Shown piece after piece: positions 37,138-46,654 of a DNA stretch of 64,000 nucleotides. The translations under genes were made by a program, and so were the position numbers. The stretch spans positions 101,573-165,572 of the IMG/VR virus record IMGVR_UViG_3300017707_001811; one strand, given 5' to 3'. Source of the stretch: a virus. Lineage: Duplodnaviria; Heunggongvirae; Uroviricota; Caudoviricetes. Under the pieces are notes generated by a model. That model had not been told where the DNA came from. It saw only the letters and a list, made by a program, of their open reading frames with translations, and ran no database searches. The number at the start of each line of letters is the position of its first letter. Positions within the stretch are counted from its first letter, which is position 1.

Positions 37138-37195
37138 ATTACTTTTAATGATTCAAGCAAAAACAAACTCTTTCCAACGTTCTCTTCATTAATTT

Positions 37196-37280
37196 GGGAG
37201 TGTCACCATAGCGGCGATTGGCCCGCACTGTAAATGCGGTACCTAAGGTTCCATCGTAGGTTCGAGTCCTACCGCTCCCA
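37196..37280 (+). tRNA. tRNA-Tyr(GTA), class II
   Basis: Acceptor GGGAGTG/CGCTCCC, anticodon arm CCGCA-CTGTAAA-TGCGG, variable arm, T arm GTAGG-TTCGAGT-CCTAC. Confidence 0.75.
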
Positions 37281-37598
37281 CAAAACACGACGAAAATAGG
37301 ATTAAAGCTCCTGTTATCACGACACCAAGATACGGTACGAGTGCGCGCTTAATGACTGTTGCGGTGAGGAGGGAATAAGTAGGGTTTAGCTAACCCAATT
37401 ACGAAAACCTCATAACAAAAATAAAGGACCACCAATCTCAGGTGGTGTAATAAAATGTTTGGGTCGGATGTGGATAATGCTTCCACGCAGTGTTTTAAAT
37501 TTAAAAAAAAAACAAACTTTAAAAAGGGCCCTTCCTGAAATATTGGCTTGTTGGGCCCGAGTTTGTTAAATCCCCCACCTTTTGAGTGGGGTTTTTTA
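37281..37598 (+). ncRNA. ORF-free structured region at the end of the tRNA cluster, ending in an intrinsic terminator
   Basis: Perfect hairpins GGGTTTAGCTAACCC, CACCA-ATCTCAG-GTGGTG, GGGCCC-N21-GGGCCC; terminal CCCCACC-TTTTGA-GTGGGG followed by TTTTTT (37571-37598). Confidence 0.4.
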
Positions 37599-37633
37599 TT
37601 GACATTATAATTTTAATATTATATAATTGAATT

Positions 37634-37987
37634 ATGAAAAAATATCTAACACTTAAAAATTTAGGATGGTTATTAACAACCATTGTAGTCTTCATGCTCG
37701 GAATGAGAGGAGTATCAAAAATCATGGGTACGGATGAAATGGTAGCAAATTTTACTGCTATGAATATGTTACCGTATATGGCTTTAGTTGGTGTAATGGA
37801 AATTGCAGGAGTACTTGCATTGTCAATTCCAAGAACATCAATTTATGGTGCATTACTAATTTCTTCTGTAATGTCTGGAGCGGTTGCAGTACACGTATCA
37901 TTAATGGGTGGTGCAGGTATGTTAGTACCATTGTTTTTAGGAGCTTTGTCGTGGACTGCTCATTGTCTTAGAACTTATACTAAATAA
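37634..37987 (+). CDS. small integral membrane protein
   Basis: Three or four hydrophobic helices. Confidence 0.4.
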   Translation: MKKYLTLKNLGWLLTTIVVFMLGMRGVSKIMGTDEMVANFTAMNMLPYMALVGVMEIAGVLALSIPRTSIYGALLISSVMSGAVAVHVSLMGGAGMLVPLFLGALSWTAHCLRTYTK

Positions 37988-38004
37988 TCTAAGATAATTA
38001 ATCT

Positions 38005-38036
38005 ATTTTAACCCCCATCTTGATAGTTGGGGGTTT
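38005..38036 (+). terminator. intrinsic terminator
   Basis: AACCCCCA-TCTTGATAG-TTGGGGGTT followed by TTTT. Confidence 0.7.
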
Positions 38037-38069
38037 TTTATTATATTTATTTAAACAAATATTTTACAT

Positions 38070-39029
38070 ATGAAAAGATTTTTTTTACTTTTTTTAGTCC
38101 TTATTTCAACAGATTTATTCTCACAATGTGATAGTGATACAATAAATCCTTGGTTTACTTATTTTGAACATGAACCAACAATTAGTTGTGATGGGGATAT
38201 AAGTTTATTGTTCCCTGTTGCTGAAGATAATTGTGATGACAGTGTTGAAATTGCTTTTTATGAAGAAGTAATACCTGGAATCTGCCCAAACAACAGGGAT
38301 ATTTTTAGAGTTTACCGAGCATTTGATGAATTTGGTAATAGTTTCGTACAGACACAAATTATTCATGTTGTAGATGAAACACCTCCAACGTTCCTATACT
38401 TACAACCTGATACTGTATTGGGATGTTTGAGTCAAATAGAATTTGAAGAACCTTTAGTTGAAGATAATTGTGGGAATCATACTTTGACTTCAAGTACAAT
38501 CTTGGACCCAACCTCAACAAACTGCGAATATAATATTACTAAAATATGGACTGCGGTTGACGAGTGTGGTAATAGCGATAGTAGAATACAATTGATAACT
38601 TTATTAGATACAGTACCTCCTAATATTATTGGAGATACTTTAATTAATATTGAACAAGGACAACCAATTAATACGTTATTTGTTACAGTTTTAGATAATT
38701 GTAATAGTTTTGAAATTTATTTCATTGACGAAACTTTATCAGGTGATAACATATTAAGAACTTATACTGCCACAGATGAATGTGGTAATGAATCAACTTT
38801 TATACAAATAATCCACGTAAATACTTCAAATAATGTTGCAATTTGTCATAGATTAGGTAATGGTAACTGGATGACTATGTATGTCCCACAATCATCTGTT
38901 TCCGCTCATTTAGCTCATGGAGATTATTTGGGTCCATGTAATGAAATGAGTAATAACTTTTTTCCATATAACTTTGAGTTAGTGAAAGATGAAGACGGGA
39001 AAGTGAGAAAATACGTCAGAGTTAAATAA
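38070..39029 (+). CDS. secreted protein with HYR/Ig-like repeats
   Basis: Signal peptide; repeated ..TA(V/T)DECGN(S/E)....I..V motifs (four times). Confidence 0.5.
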   Translation: MKRFFLLFLVLISTDLFSQCDSDTINPWFTYFEHEPTISCDGDISLLFPVAEDNCDDSVEIAFYEEVIPGICPNNRDIFRVYRAFDEFGNSFVQTQIIHVVDETPPTFLYLQPDTVLGCLSQIEFEEPLVEDNCGNHTLTSSTILDPTSTNCEYNITKIWTAVDECGNSDSRIQLITLLDTVPPNIIGDTLINIEQGQPINTLFVTVLDNCNSFEIYFIDETLSGDNILRTYTATDECGNESTFIQIIHVNTSNNVAICHRLGNGNWMTMYVPQSSVSAHLAHGDYLGPCNEMSNNFFPYNFELVKDEDGKVRKYVRVK

Positions 39030-39120
39030 GTTTAATGTATATTTATTAGTACGTTCAAGATGAAAGATATTTTTAAAAATTTAACTGAAAAAGAAATTAG
39101 CGAACTTCTGAATAAAACAG

Positions 39121-40269
39121 ATGTTTCTAGAAATGAACGTATTAAAGAAATGCTATTCAAATATATACGTGAAAAAGATACAAAGGATAATAAATGAAGC
39201 ATTAGGAGTACCTAATGAAATTGATATGATTGTTGATATCTATACTGATTTAGTTATAGATAGATTAAAACAAGATATTGTTAATAAGTCATATAAAACA
39301 CGTAAAGTAGATGCCACTAATTACGGAGAGTGGGATATGGTTTATGGTAAATTAAAAATATCCGCAAATGATTCATGGAGATATGTTGAATCATCTCCTA
39401 AGTTTAATATAGATGAATGGAGAAAATTTCCACTATATCGAAATAAATTTGAAATAACCTACCAAGTCATACCTGAAAAAACATTTGAATTACAAGGTAA
39501 GAGTTCCCCACAAATAGGTGGTACCCATGCATTTAAACCAGGTGAAATGAAGATTAAAAATTTAAAGTCTAGAGGGGATGTTTACGATGTTGGATATTTT
39601 GAGTTTGATTTTCATATGAACGAAGAAAATTTTGAAAATCCTGATTCAATGAGAGACGTATTTAAATCAGTTATGGCTCATGAAATTTTTCATTCGTTTC
39701 AGTTGTATACTAAATTTAAAAAAACAGGTAAAGTAGGGTATGGTAAAGAAAGTGTTTATAATTTTTTACAAAACATTTTAAAGAGTAATTTTAGCCAAGA
39801 GTGGAATGATTTTACATATCTATTATATCTTTCATTAAGATTTGAACATCAGGCGAGAATACCACAAGTTTATAATGTTCTTAAAAATAAGAAAATTACA
39901 AACTATGATGAATTTATGGATGAAATTAGAAAAACTGATGTTTGGGATGAAATTAAAAAGTTAAGGTCTTTCTCGGCTAAAAAAATAATTAACGATTTGT
40001 CTAAAATAAGTGGACTTGAAGATATAATCTTTGCACCTATGAAAAGACAAGAGTTACAGCAAAATATTGCAAATTGGAACGACTTTATTGAAATTGTAAT
40101 GCAAAAGTTATCTGAAAATGGTACAGATGTCGGTAAAATAAGAAAGTTAGGTAGTAATATACTAAGTAACCCAGAATCTTTTTTTACTTATTGGGAAAAA
40201 AGATTTCATAACAGAGCCGAGGAATTGGTAAAGAAAATATCTAAATTATATCATTTAGTTAAAAAATAA
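39121..40269 (+). CDS. hypothetical protein
   Basis: ORF; a 45-aa ORF (39060..39197) overlaps its start in another frame. Confidence 0.4.
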   Translation: MFLEMNVLKKCYSNIYVKKIQRIINEALGVPNEIDMIVDIYTDLVIDRLKQDIVNKSYKTRKVDATNYGEWDMVYGKLKISANDSWRYVESSPKFNIDEWRKFPLYRNKFEITYQVIPEKTFELQGKSSPQIGGTHAFKPGEMKIKNLKSRGDVYDVGYFEFDFHMNEENFENPDSMRDVFKSVMAHEIFHSFQLYTKFKKTGKVGYGKESVYNFLQNILKSNFSQEWNDFTYLLYLSLRFEHQARIPQVYNVLKNKKITNYDEFMDEIRKTDVWDEIKKLRSFSAKKIINDLSKISGLEDIIFAPMKRQELQQNIANWNDFIEIVMQKLSENGTDVGKIRKLGSNILSNPESFFTYWEKRFHNRAEELVKKISKLYHLVKK

Positions 40270-40293
40270 TTTGGATATCCAAGAAATAAAACG

Positions 40294-40301
40294 TAGATTT
40301 G
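40294..40301 (+). promoter_or_regulatory. TAGATTTG -7 box
   Basis: 16 nt upstream of the ATG at 40318. Confidence 0.45.
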
Positions 40302-40317
40302 TCTAAAATTAAAACAA

Positions 40318-40704
40318 ATGAAAAAAATAATTCTCTCACTTATCATTTCTTTATTTTCAATCGTGGCTTTTGCTCAGTCATTTGCAAAATCTAAAACGGT
40401 ACAAATCGGAGTTAAGAATGAAACAACAGGTAAATTCGATTTCCAAGAACCCCAAGAAATACCAGCTGTATTGGTAAAAATGGGTGATATTGAGATTATT
40501 ATTTATTCTAAAGTTGAACAAAAATATTTTATATATAGTGAAACATATGATTTTGATGATGGTAATGGTTCTTATTGGTACGCATATGATGCTGAAGGTA
40601 ACAAAGTAAGAATCTATCTATATAAAAATCCAGTGTCAGAAATATTTTTGGGTATTGAATATGGAGATGTTTGTTGGGTATATACTTTGAATTCGATGAA
40701 ATAA
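40318..40704 (+). CDS. secreted hypothetical protein
   Basis: Signal peptide MKKIILSLIISLFSIVAFAQ. Confidence 0.4.
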   Translation: MKKIILSLIISLFSIVAFAQSFAKSKTVQIGVKNETTGKFDFQEPQEIPAVLVKMGDIEIIIYSKVEQKYFIYSETYDFDDGNGSYWYAYDAEGNKVRIYLYKNPVSEIFLGIEYGDVCWVYTLNSMK

Positions 40705-40751
40705 CCATCGAATTTTTTTGCCAATTAAAAAAAAGATTGTATATTTGTCAT

Positions 40752-41345
40752 ATGAAAAATATCCTAATACTTTTAATTTCTTTATTTACATTTTCAGTAA
40801 ATGCTCAAGTTATTGATTACAATAACTTTGACAACAAATTACTTGAACGTTTAGTTTTTGAAGAACTTAACAAATATCGAGATTCTTTAGGTGTTGTAGA
40901 TTTGTTATGGTCAAAAGTAATGTATGAGCAAGTTAGCTGTAAACAAACTGAAATACTTGCTAAAGGTAGTACTTTATATCACCCTGACTTAGATACTTTG
41001 TTTACTGATGAATTCAGAGTAGGGTTATCTAAAGAATCTCAAAAACTAACTGGTATCAAGAGTCAATTTAATTGTGGACCATCTTCTGTAACTACTTTAA
41101 GTGAAAACGGGTTTTCATGGGAATTAAATAAGGTTACTTACCAAGAAATGGCAAAGATTGCAATAATTGCTTGGGACAAATCATATATGCACAAGTGTAA
41201 TCAAAAGTACCCATATGTTGTTGATGGAGGAGGAAAAGGATTTGTGTCAATATCCGCAAGAGTAAATAAGTCAAAAACTAAAATATTTATAACTTGTAAT
41301 TTTTCACAAGTTCACAAAGAAAAAAAAACCACTACTAGTCAGTAG
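40752..41345 (+). CDS. secreted hypothetical protein
   Basis: Start moved to the ATG 4 nt after the TATATTTG box (40740-40747); signal peptide MKNILILLISLFTFSVNAQ. Confidence 0.4.
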   Translation: MKNILILLISLFTFSVNAQVIDYNNFDNKLLERLVFEELNKYRDSLGVVDLLWSKVMYEQVSCKQTEILAKGSTLYHPDLDTLFTDEFRVGLSKESQKLTGIKSQFNCGPSSVTTLSENGFSWELNKVTYQEMAKIAIIAWDKSYMHKCNQKYPYVVDGGGKGFVSISARVNKSKTKIFITCNFSQVHKEKKTTTSQ

Positions 41346-42642
41346 TGGTTTTTACTATATCTTTTTTCTCAAACTTAGGTAATTTAATATCTAAACGTCT
41401 ATTGTTAATTGTCTGATTAAAATCTTTAACTTCAGGCCATTTTTTACCCTTGTCAAATCTATCAGTTTCACCTAAAGGGTTTGCAACAAATGTTCCTGAA
41501 AGTTCTGGTAATGATTTATCTAATTCTTGAATTATTGCTTTAGCTCTTTCTTCAGATAAACATTTATTGTATTCATTTCTGGGTCTACCACCAGGTTTTC
41601 TACAAGCTGGTAAAGTAGTTGTTGTTTTACTATTTGAATCCGACATAATTCCCTTTGGGTCCTCATCAATAGAAGATGATGTGGTCACATAAGCTTTTTG
41701 AGACTTTAAAAAGTTAATATATTCACCATATATTTTATCGTCGTATTTAGTTTTAACATTTTTAATTTCTTTAATAAAGTTTTCTAATTCAAGTTTACCG
41801 TTATCTGTTAAATCTGTTTTATCAAATTTAAATGGGTCAGTCATTTCAGCCTTAATTTCAATAGAAACAACCATAGGAGGTTTTATCTCAGGAGCATTAA
41901 TTACACCAGTTCCTTCAGGACCTTTCATGGCGTTAATACCAATTCCGTAATTATTTACGAATTCTTTATATTTCATATCTGAATAATTAGTACCTGTAGA
42001 TACCGTACGACTTCCAGTATTTCTAAAACTTATACTACTTCTAACCCAAGATGTGGAATTATAATCTTCTTTACTAGGTATAAATAATTCATTTAAACTA
42101 ACATTAGGGTTATTAATTTTTTCATATGGTTTGTCTAAAGTTTGAATTATTGGATATATTTGAAATATTGTAGGAATTCCATTTTCTAACGCTAAAGCAA
42201 AACCAAGATAATTTGGACGTAAGTCTTGCCCAAATTTTACATTTTGTAAAATCAATCCCAAAATTGCAGGATTACCCTCGGCCGCTCCACTTCTATACTG
42301 GTCTCTTGTAATAGTAATTACTTTATTATCAGTAAATTGTCCTGTAGTTAAATTAAAATCAACGTCTAAAATATTACCACTTAAAGTCTCCTCTTGGTGC
42401 ATTTTTTCATATTTTTGTTTTCCAGTTCTTCTACCATCTATTACTTCATCTACTACATCTAAAACTTCTAAATTTCCATTTGTAACATTAATGTAATATC
42501 CTCCTAACTTAAATAAAGTAGGTGTAGATTCTTCAGGTTTATCACCTGTAGTAAAATCCTGCTCAACCAAAATACCCTTGGTTAAATACATTGATAATAT
42601 TTGTGATTTTTCTTGTTCCGTAACTAAAAATCTTTTACTCAT
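41335..42642 (-). CDS. protein with C-terminal OmpA-like peptidoglycan-binding domain and a conserved N-terminal module
   Basis: C-terminus LSEERAKAIIQEL...NPLGETDRFD...NNRRLDIKL; N-terminus MSKRFLVTEQEKSQI shared with 35015 and 53841(-). Confidence 0.5.
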   Translation of the reverse strand: MSKRFLVTEQEKSQILSMYLTKGILVEQDFTTGDKPEESTPTLFKLGGYYINVTNGNLEVLDVVDEVIDGRRTGKQKYEKMHQEETLSGNILDVDFNLTTGQFTDNKVITITRDQYRSGAAEGNPAILGLILQNVKFGQDLRPNYLGFALALENGIPTIFQIYPIIQTLDKPYEKINNPNVSLNELFIPSKEDYNSTSWVRSSISFRNTGSRTVSTGTNYSDMKYKEFVNNYGIGINAMKGPEGTGVINAPEIKPPMVVSIEIKAEMTDPFKFDKTDLTDNGKLELENFIKEIKNVKTKYDDKIYGEYINFLKSQKAYVTTSSSIDEDPKGIMSDSNSKTTTTLPACRKPGGRPRNEYNKCLSEERAKAIIQELDKSLPELSGTFVANPLGETDRFDKGKKWPEVKDFNQTINNRRLDIKLPKFEKKDIVKTTTD

Positions 42643-42768
42643 AATTGTATTTTAAATATAAATATAAAAAAATAAAGAAATATCATTCATTATATTGTTA
42701 TTTGATTTTTTTTAAATTATGATTGTAAAAGAATTTCAAAAAAATTTTAAAAGTTGAAAAAAAAGTAT

Positions 42769-42776
42769 TACATTTG
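42769..42776 (+). promoter_or_regulatory. TACATTTG -7 box
   Basis: 22 nt upstream of the ATG at 42799. Confidence 0.45.
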
Positions 42777-42798
42777 TATTCTAAATAAAATAATAAAC

Positions 42799-43188
42799 AT
42801 GGGAAAAAGTAAGTGTAAAAGTAAAGAAATGAAATCTCAAGTGGAACAACTTGAGGCTATGGTACAAAAGTTGAAAGGTGAGATGAAGAAAAATAGTAGT
42901 ACTATTTATAAATTCACTGAAGAACAGTTAGTTGAATTTGCAACTGAATTACACAATAAGTTTATGGATAATATGTCAAATCAACTTATTGATTGTGATT
43001 TTGATAGTGATGGTATAGTGTCAATTGAAGTTGATGATTTGATGATTACCCCAATTGTTGATACTGATTACTTAGTTGATGAAATTACATCTAACGTAAT
43101 TTGTCCTGAAGAGGATGAAATGATGGATATTGTTTATGAAGTACTAAGTGATTTGGGACTTGAGCAAACTGAAGAAGTTGAGGAATAA
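42799..43188 (+). CDS. hypothetical acidic protein
   Basis: ORF, start set to the first ATG after the promoter box. Confidence 0.4.
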   Translation: MGKSKCKSKEMKSQVEQLEAMVQKLKGEMKKNSSTIYKFTEEQLVEFATELHNKFMDNMSNQLIDCDFDSDGIVSIEVDDLMITPIVDTDYLVDEITSNVICPEEDEMMDIVYEVLSDLGLEQTEEVEE

Positions 43189-43189
43189 C

Positions 43190-43667
43190 AACTAAAACTA
43201 AAAAGAAGACCCCACGAGTAACGGAGATATCCGACCGTTATGGAGTGTGAACATGGCTTAGAAGGCTCCAAGGCTATGGGGGAGGCTACACAAACTAATA
43301 CGGATTCCCCATTATGGATTAAGGGGGTTAGGGGCCTTAAATGGTTGTAATACAATCCACAAGTTGTAGAAATACTGGACAATTCTACAATATACACTCT
43401 TCTTCCGAGTGAGACTCACCACGTAACTTTGGGGGTAGGGCGAAGATGTCCTGAGGGTAGCACTGAACGCTATATCTGAAAGGTTATGACACATTTGATT
43501 AACTGAGTAAATATGGACGGAGTGTAAGAGTAGAGGTCTTCGGTGGATGGTTACTACGGTCCCACTCTCTTGGGGCATATCCGAAGAAATACTAATAATG
43601 GGAAACTACCAAACAAAGGTTAGCGCGTGAAATCCCACACGGACAGAGAAGCTGACCTTTATTTTAT
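43190..43667 (+). ncRNA. ORF-free, GC-richer structured region upstream of a tRNA
   Basis: No ORF of 60 aa or more that is not spurious; many G/C-rich helices; contains GCTGACC (43655), also found in modules A and B. Confidence 0.4.
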
Positions 43668-43742
43668 GAAGAAGTAGCTCAGACGGTAGAGCATAGGGTT
43701 AGAAATCCCTTGTGCCGCGAGGTTCGATTCCCGCCTTCTTCA
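43668..43742 (+). tRNA. tRNA with irregular anticodon arm (4-bp stem with 8-nt loop TTAGAAAT, or 3-bp stem with anticodon AGA) and a bulged T stem
   Basis: Acceptor GAAGAAG/CTTCTTC perfect, D stem GCTC/GAGC, T loop TTCGATT, discriminator A. Confidence 0.45.
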
Positions 43743-43744
43743 CT

Positions 43745-43768
43745 TAACCCACTTATGTGGGTTTTTTC
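43745..43768 (+). terminator. intrinsic terminator
   Basis: AACCCAC-TTAT-GTGGGTT followed by TTTTT. Confidence 0.7.
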
Positions 43769-43790
43769 ATTATAAAAGTATTTATTAATA

Positions 43791-44180
43791 ATGGAATATA
43801 AAATACCTGAAAAAAGACTGTATAATATAATTTATCAGTATATTGATAGTATATACGATGTTAATGAAATACATTGGACTCATCCATATGAGTATGATGA
43901 ATTAAAAGGTGAAGAAGGTGAAGACCCATGTAGAATAACCTTTTACCGTGGTGATTATGACCAATATGACGAACCTTTATTCCGTTGGTATGATAAATGT
44001 TATTGGAATACAGATTCGTGGCAAGGAACTATACAATATGATAGGTCTCCTATTTTGTCTATTGAAGACGAAGAATTATCTAGAATGTATTCTCATTTTG
44101 GGGATTTTTGGAAAACCCCATTTTTAGATTGGTTTACCAATAACTTTAAAGACATTTCAGTTAAAAGCGTTTTAATCTAA
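43791..44180 (+). CDS. hypothetical protein
   Basis: ORF only. Confidence 0.4.
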   Translation: MEYKIPEKRLYNIIYQYIDSIYDVNEIHWTHPYEYDELKGEEGEDPCRITFYRGDYDQYDEPLFRWYDKCYWNTDSWQGTIQYDRSPILSIEDEELSRMYSHFGDFWKTPFLDWFTNNFKDISVKSVLI

Positions 44181-44259
44181 TATTTTATTTGACTTAATTT
44201 AAAATTATCCGTACCTTTTAAAGGTCACAAGGGTTCTTTGAAATAAAGGAGAAAATATT

Positions 44260-44646
44260 ATGGAAACAACTTATTTTGTTTTAGGTGTGCTCTCGGTTGT
44301 TGCTCTAATTTTCATTGGGGTAATTGCTTGGGGTGTGTTTAAGATTAGTAAACAACAAATTCAAATTAAAAATTTACAGGAAGATATTCAGGGGTTATTA
44401 AGAACCATTTCAAATGAAAGTGAATATACCTCAAGAAGAATTGATAATGAAAGACAAAATATCCATTCTGATTTAAGAGAATACAATAATAGAATGGAAA
44501 GTCAGGTAAGTGATATATGGAGACAGATAGAAAGTACTAAAAAAGATACTATTTCTGAATCTAATTCATACGTGGACAAACGAATTGATAAACTAATTGA
44601 TGCCTATTTTGACATCAAAAAAAATAAAGACCTTTTAAAAGGATAA
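44260..44646 (+). CDS. membrane-anchored coiled-coil protein
   Basis: N-terminal TM helix. Confidence 0.4.
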   Translation: METTYFVLGVLSVVALIFIGVIAWGVFKISKQQIQIKNLQEDIQGLLRTISNESEYTSRRIDNERQNIHSDLREYNNRMESQVSDIWRQIESTKKDTISESNSYVDKRIDKLIDAYFDIKKNKDLLKG

Positions 44647-44680
44647 AATAATAATGAACCCTTGTGATTTTTTTTAGAAT

Positions 44681-45061
44681 ATGAATAATAAATTTAATAT
44701 TGCGGTTATTGCTCACGATAACAAGAAAGCGGATATGGTTGCATTTATTATGAAAAGATTAGAGTTTTTTAAAAATGTTAATATATTTGCAACAGGAACC
44801 ACAGGTAAACACATTGAATTTGCAGGATGTTACGTTAGTAAGATGAAGTCTGGACCAATGGGAGGAGATGCTCAAATTGCATCAATGATTGTTGACGGTA
44901 AAATTGATTATGTTATATTTTTTATTGACCCATTATCTTCTCATCCACACGAAGTTGATGTGCAAATGTTATTAAGAATATGTAATGTTACAGATACTCC
45001 AATTGCAACTAATTACTCAACTGCAAAAATGGTTGTTGAGTATTGTGAAAATAAAAAATAA
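44681..45061 (+). CDS. mgsA: methylglyoxal synthase (MGS-like domain)
   Basis: IAVIAHDNKK...ATGTTG...GPMGGDAQIASMIVDGKIDYVIFFIDPLSSHPHEVDVQMLLRICNV...IATN is co-linear with E. coli MgsA. Confidence 0.8.
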   Translation: MNNKFNIAVIAHDNKKADMVAFIMKRLEFFKNVNIFATGTTGKHIEFAGCYVSKMKSGPMGGDAQIASMIVDGKIDYVIFFIDPLSSHPHEVDVQMLLRICNVTDTPIATNYSTAKMVVEYCENKK

Positions 45062-45077
45062 TTTATATATTTGTAAA

Positions 45078-45533
45078 ATGAAATACAATATATACTTAGA
45101 TGATGTTCGTACCCCAAAAGATAAAAATTGGGTAGTTGTACGAAATTATGATGAATTTGTTAATAGAGTTACTGAAATAGGTTTAAATAATATTGATACT
45201 ATTTCTTTGGACCATGACCTTGGAGATACTGCAATGAATGAATATTTCAACAATGTAAGCCCAAACTACACTTTAAACTATGAGAATATTAAAGAAAAAA
45301 CTGGTTTGGATTGTGCTAAATGGTTGGTTAATTATTTCTATGATACTAATCCTGAGTGGATTGAAATGAATAGAATAGTTAAGAGAGCCGATAAAATAAA
45401 CTTTCCTCAGGTTTATACTCATTCTGCAAATCCGATTGGTTCTGCAAATATTATGGGTTACATAAATAATTTTTTAATGAATGAAGCTCAAACTCAGACA
45501 TGTGTTAGGGTTCAAATTCCACATAACGTATGA
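45078..45533 (+). CDS. hypothetical protein
   Basis: Start 4 nt after the TATATTTG box (45066-45073). Confidence 0.4.
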   Translation: MKYNIYLDDVRTPKDKNWVVVRNYDEFVNRVTEIGLNNIDTISLDHDLGDTAMNEYFNNVSPNYTLNYENIKEKTGLDCAKWLVNYFYDTNPEWIEMNRIVKRADKINFPQVYTHSANPIGSANIMGYINNFLMNEAQTQTCVRVQIPHNV

Positions 45534-45742
45534 AAATGGAAAGTAGAGTTCAAGTTACAGTTAATCTAACTGTTGACCAAAGAATTGAAATTATTAAACA
45601 AATCGATAAACATTTTGATATACTAGATTTTGGTATTAACAGTTTTCATGATGAAAAAAATCAGGAAGAAGATTTACATAAAGAAATAGATATTATGTAC
45701 CCTGGATGTCCCAAAACAGTAAATTGTTTTTACGTTATTTAA
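45530..45742 (+). CDS. hypothetical small protein
   Basis: ORF only. Confidence 0.3.
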   Translation: MKMESRVQVTVNLTVDQRIEIIKQIDKHFDILDFGINSFHDEKNQEEDLHKEIDIMYPGCPKTVNCFYVI

Positions 45743-45882
45743 AAATAAATTTTAAAATGAAAACAAAATTTGCAGATACATTTTTTGATAGTTTCAAAAA
45801 AATGGTAAACCGATAAAGATGGTATTGGAAAACATGGGACTTATTCAGATATGACCTGCCAAACTTTTTCCGTAATCTTTGG

Positions 45883-46365
45883 TTGTTCCGTAAGAACTTA
45901 TGGAATCACACTTGGTATAATGGTGATGGTTCTATTTTACCTTGGGTGAAAACCGCAGTTGATGATATGACTTGGAGAATTGAAAAACATGGAAACGAAG
46001 TTGATGAAAGTCGTATGAAAAAAGTTGCGAAAATGAAACGACTATCATATCTCATTGATATTTGTGTTCACGATAAATTCATTGAGGAAGCCGAAAAGGA
46101 GTTGGGAATTGAAATGATTTTACACGATTGGGAGTTTATTCCAGTTGAGGGACGAGAAGATTCATATGAGTTATTGGATAAAGATACACCTGAAGAAAAA
46201 GAGCATAATAAAAAAATCATAAAAAGGTCTCACGAGATTCAAAAGGAATATTGGGAAGAACTTTGTTATATCATCAAAGGACCTGATTATGATTCAATCA
46301 GAGAATCTGGTGAAGATTTCTATGAAAAACTTGACGGTACTGATATTAGAAGTTGGTGGGATTAA
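45883..46365 (+). CDS. hypothetical protein
   Basis: ORF only. Confidence 0.4.
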   Translation: MFRKNLWNHTWYNGDGSILPWVKTAVDDMTWRIEKHGNEVDESRMKKVAKMKRLSYLIDICVHDKFIEEAEKELGIEMILHDWEFIPVEGREDSYELLDKDTPEEKEHNKKIIKRSHEIQKEYWEELCYIIKGPDYDSIRESGEDFYEKLDGTDIRSWWD

Positions 46366-46389
46366 AATAATTAAATAAATTTATATAAA

Positions 46390-46653
46390 ATGAATATTGA
46401 CATTGAAGTGGATGACGTTCTATGGGCAATGAGTAGACGTGAAAAAAAAGAAATGTATGAAGCTTTGAAAGACGAAATTGATGACAGACCAGTCTTGACT
46501 GTACAAAATTTTATACCATTATCTAGTGATGAAAGAAAAAAACTTTCATATTGCGAAACTGAACTTTTTGAGACTCTATTGAGAATTTGGCAAAATAGAA
46601 ATTTTATCGAATTAAGTGATGTAGATGCATTAAAATACTATGTAAATAAATAA
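46390..46653 (+). CDS. hypothetical protein
   Basis: ORF only. Confidence 0.35.
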   Translation: MNIDIEVDDVLWAMSRREKKEMYEALKDEIDDRPVLTVQNFIPLSSDERKKLSYCETELFETLLRIWQNRNFIELSDVDALKYYVNK

Positions 46654-46654
46654 T

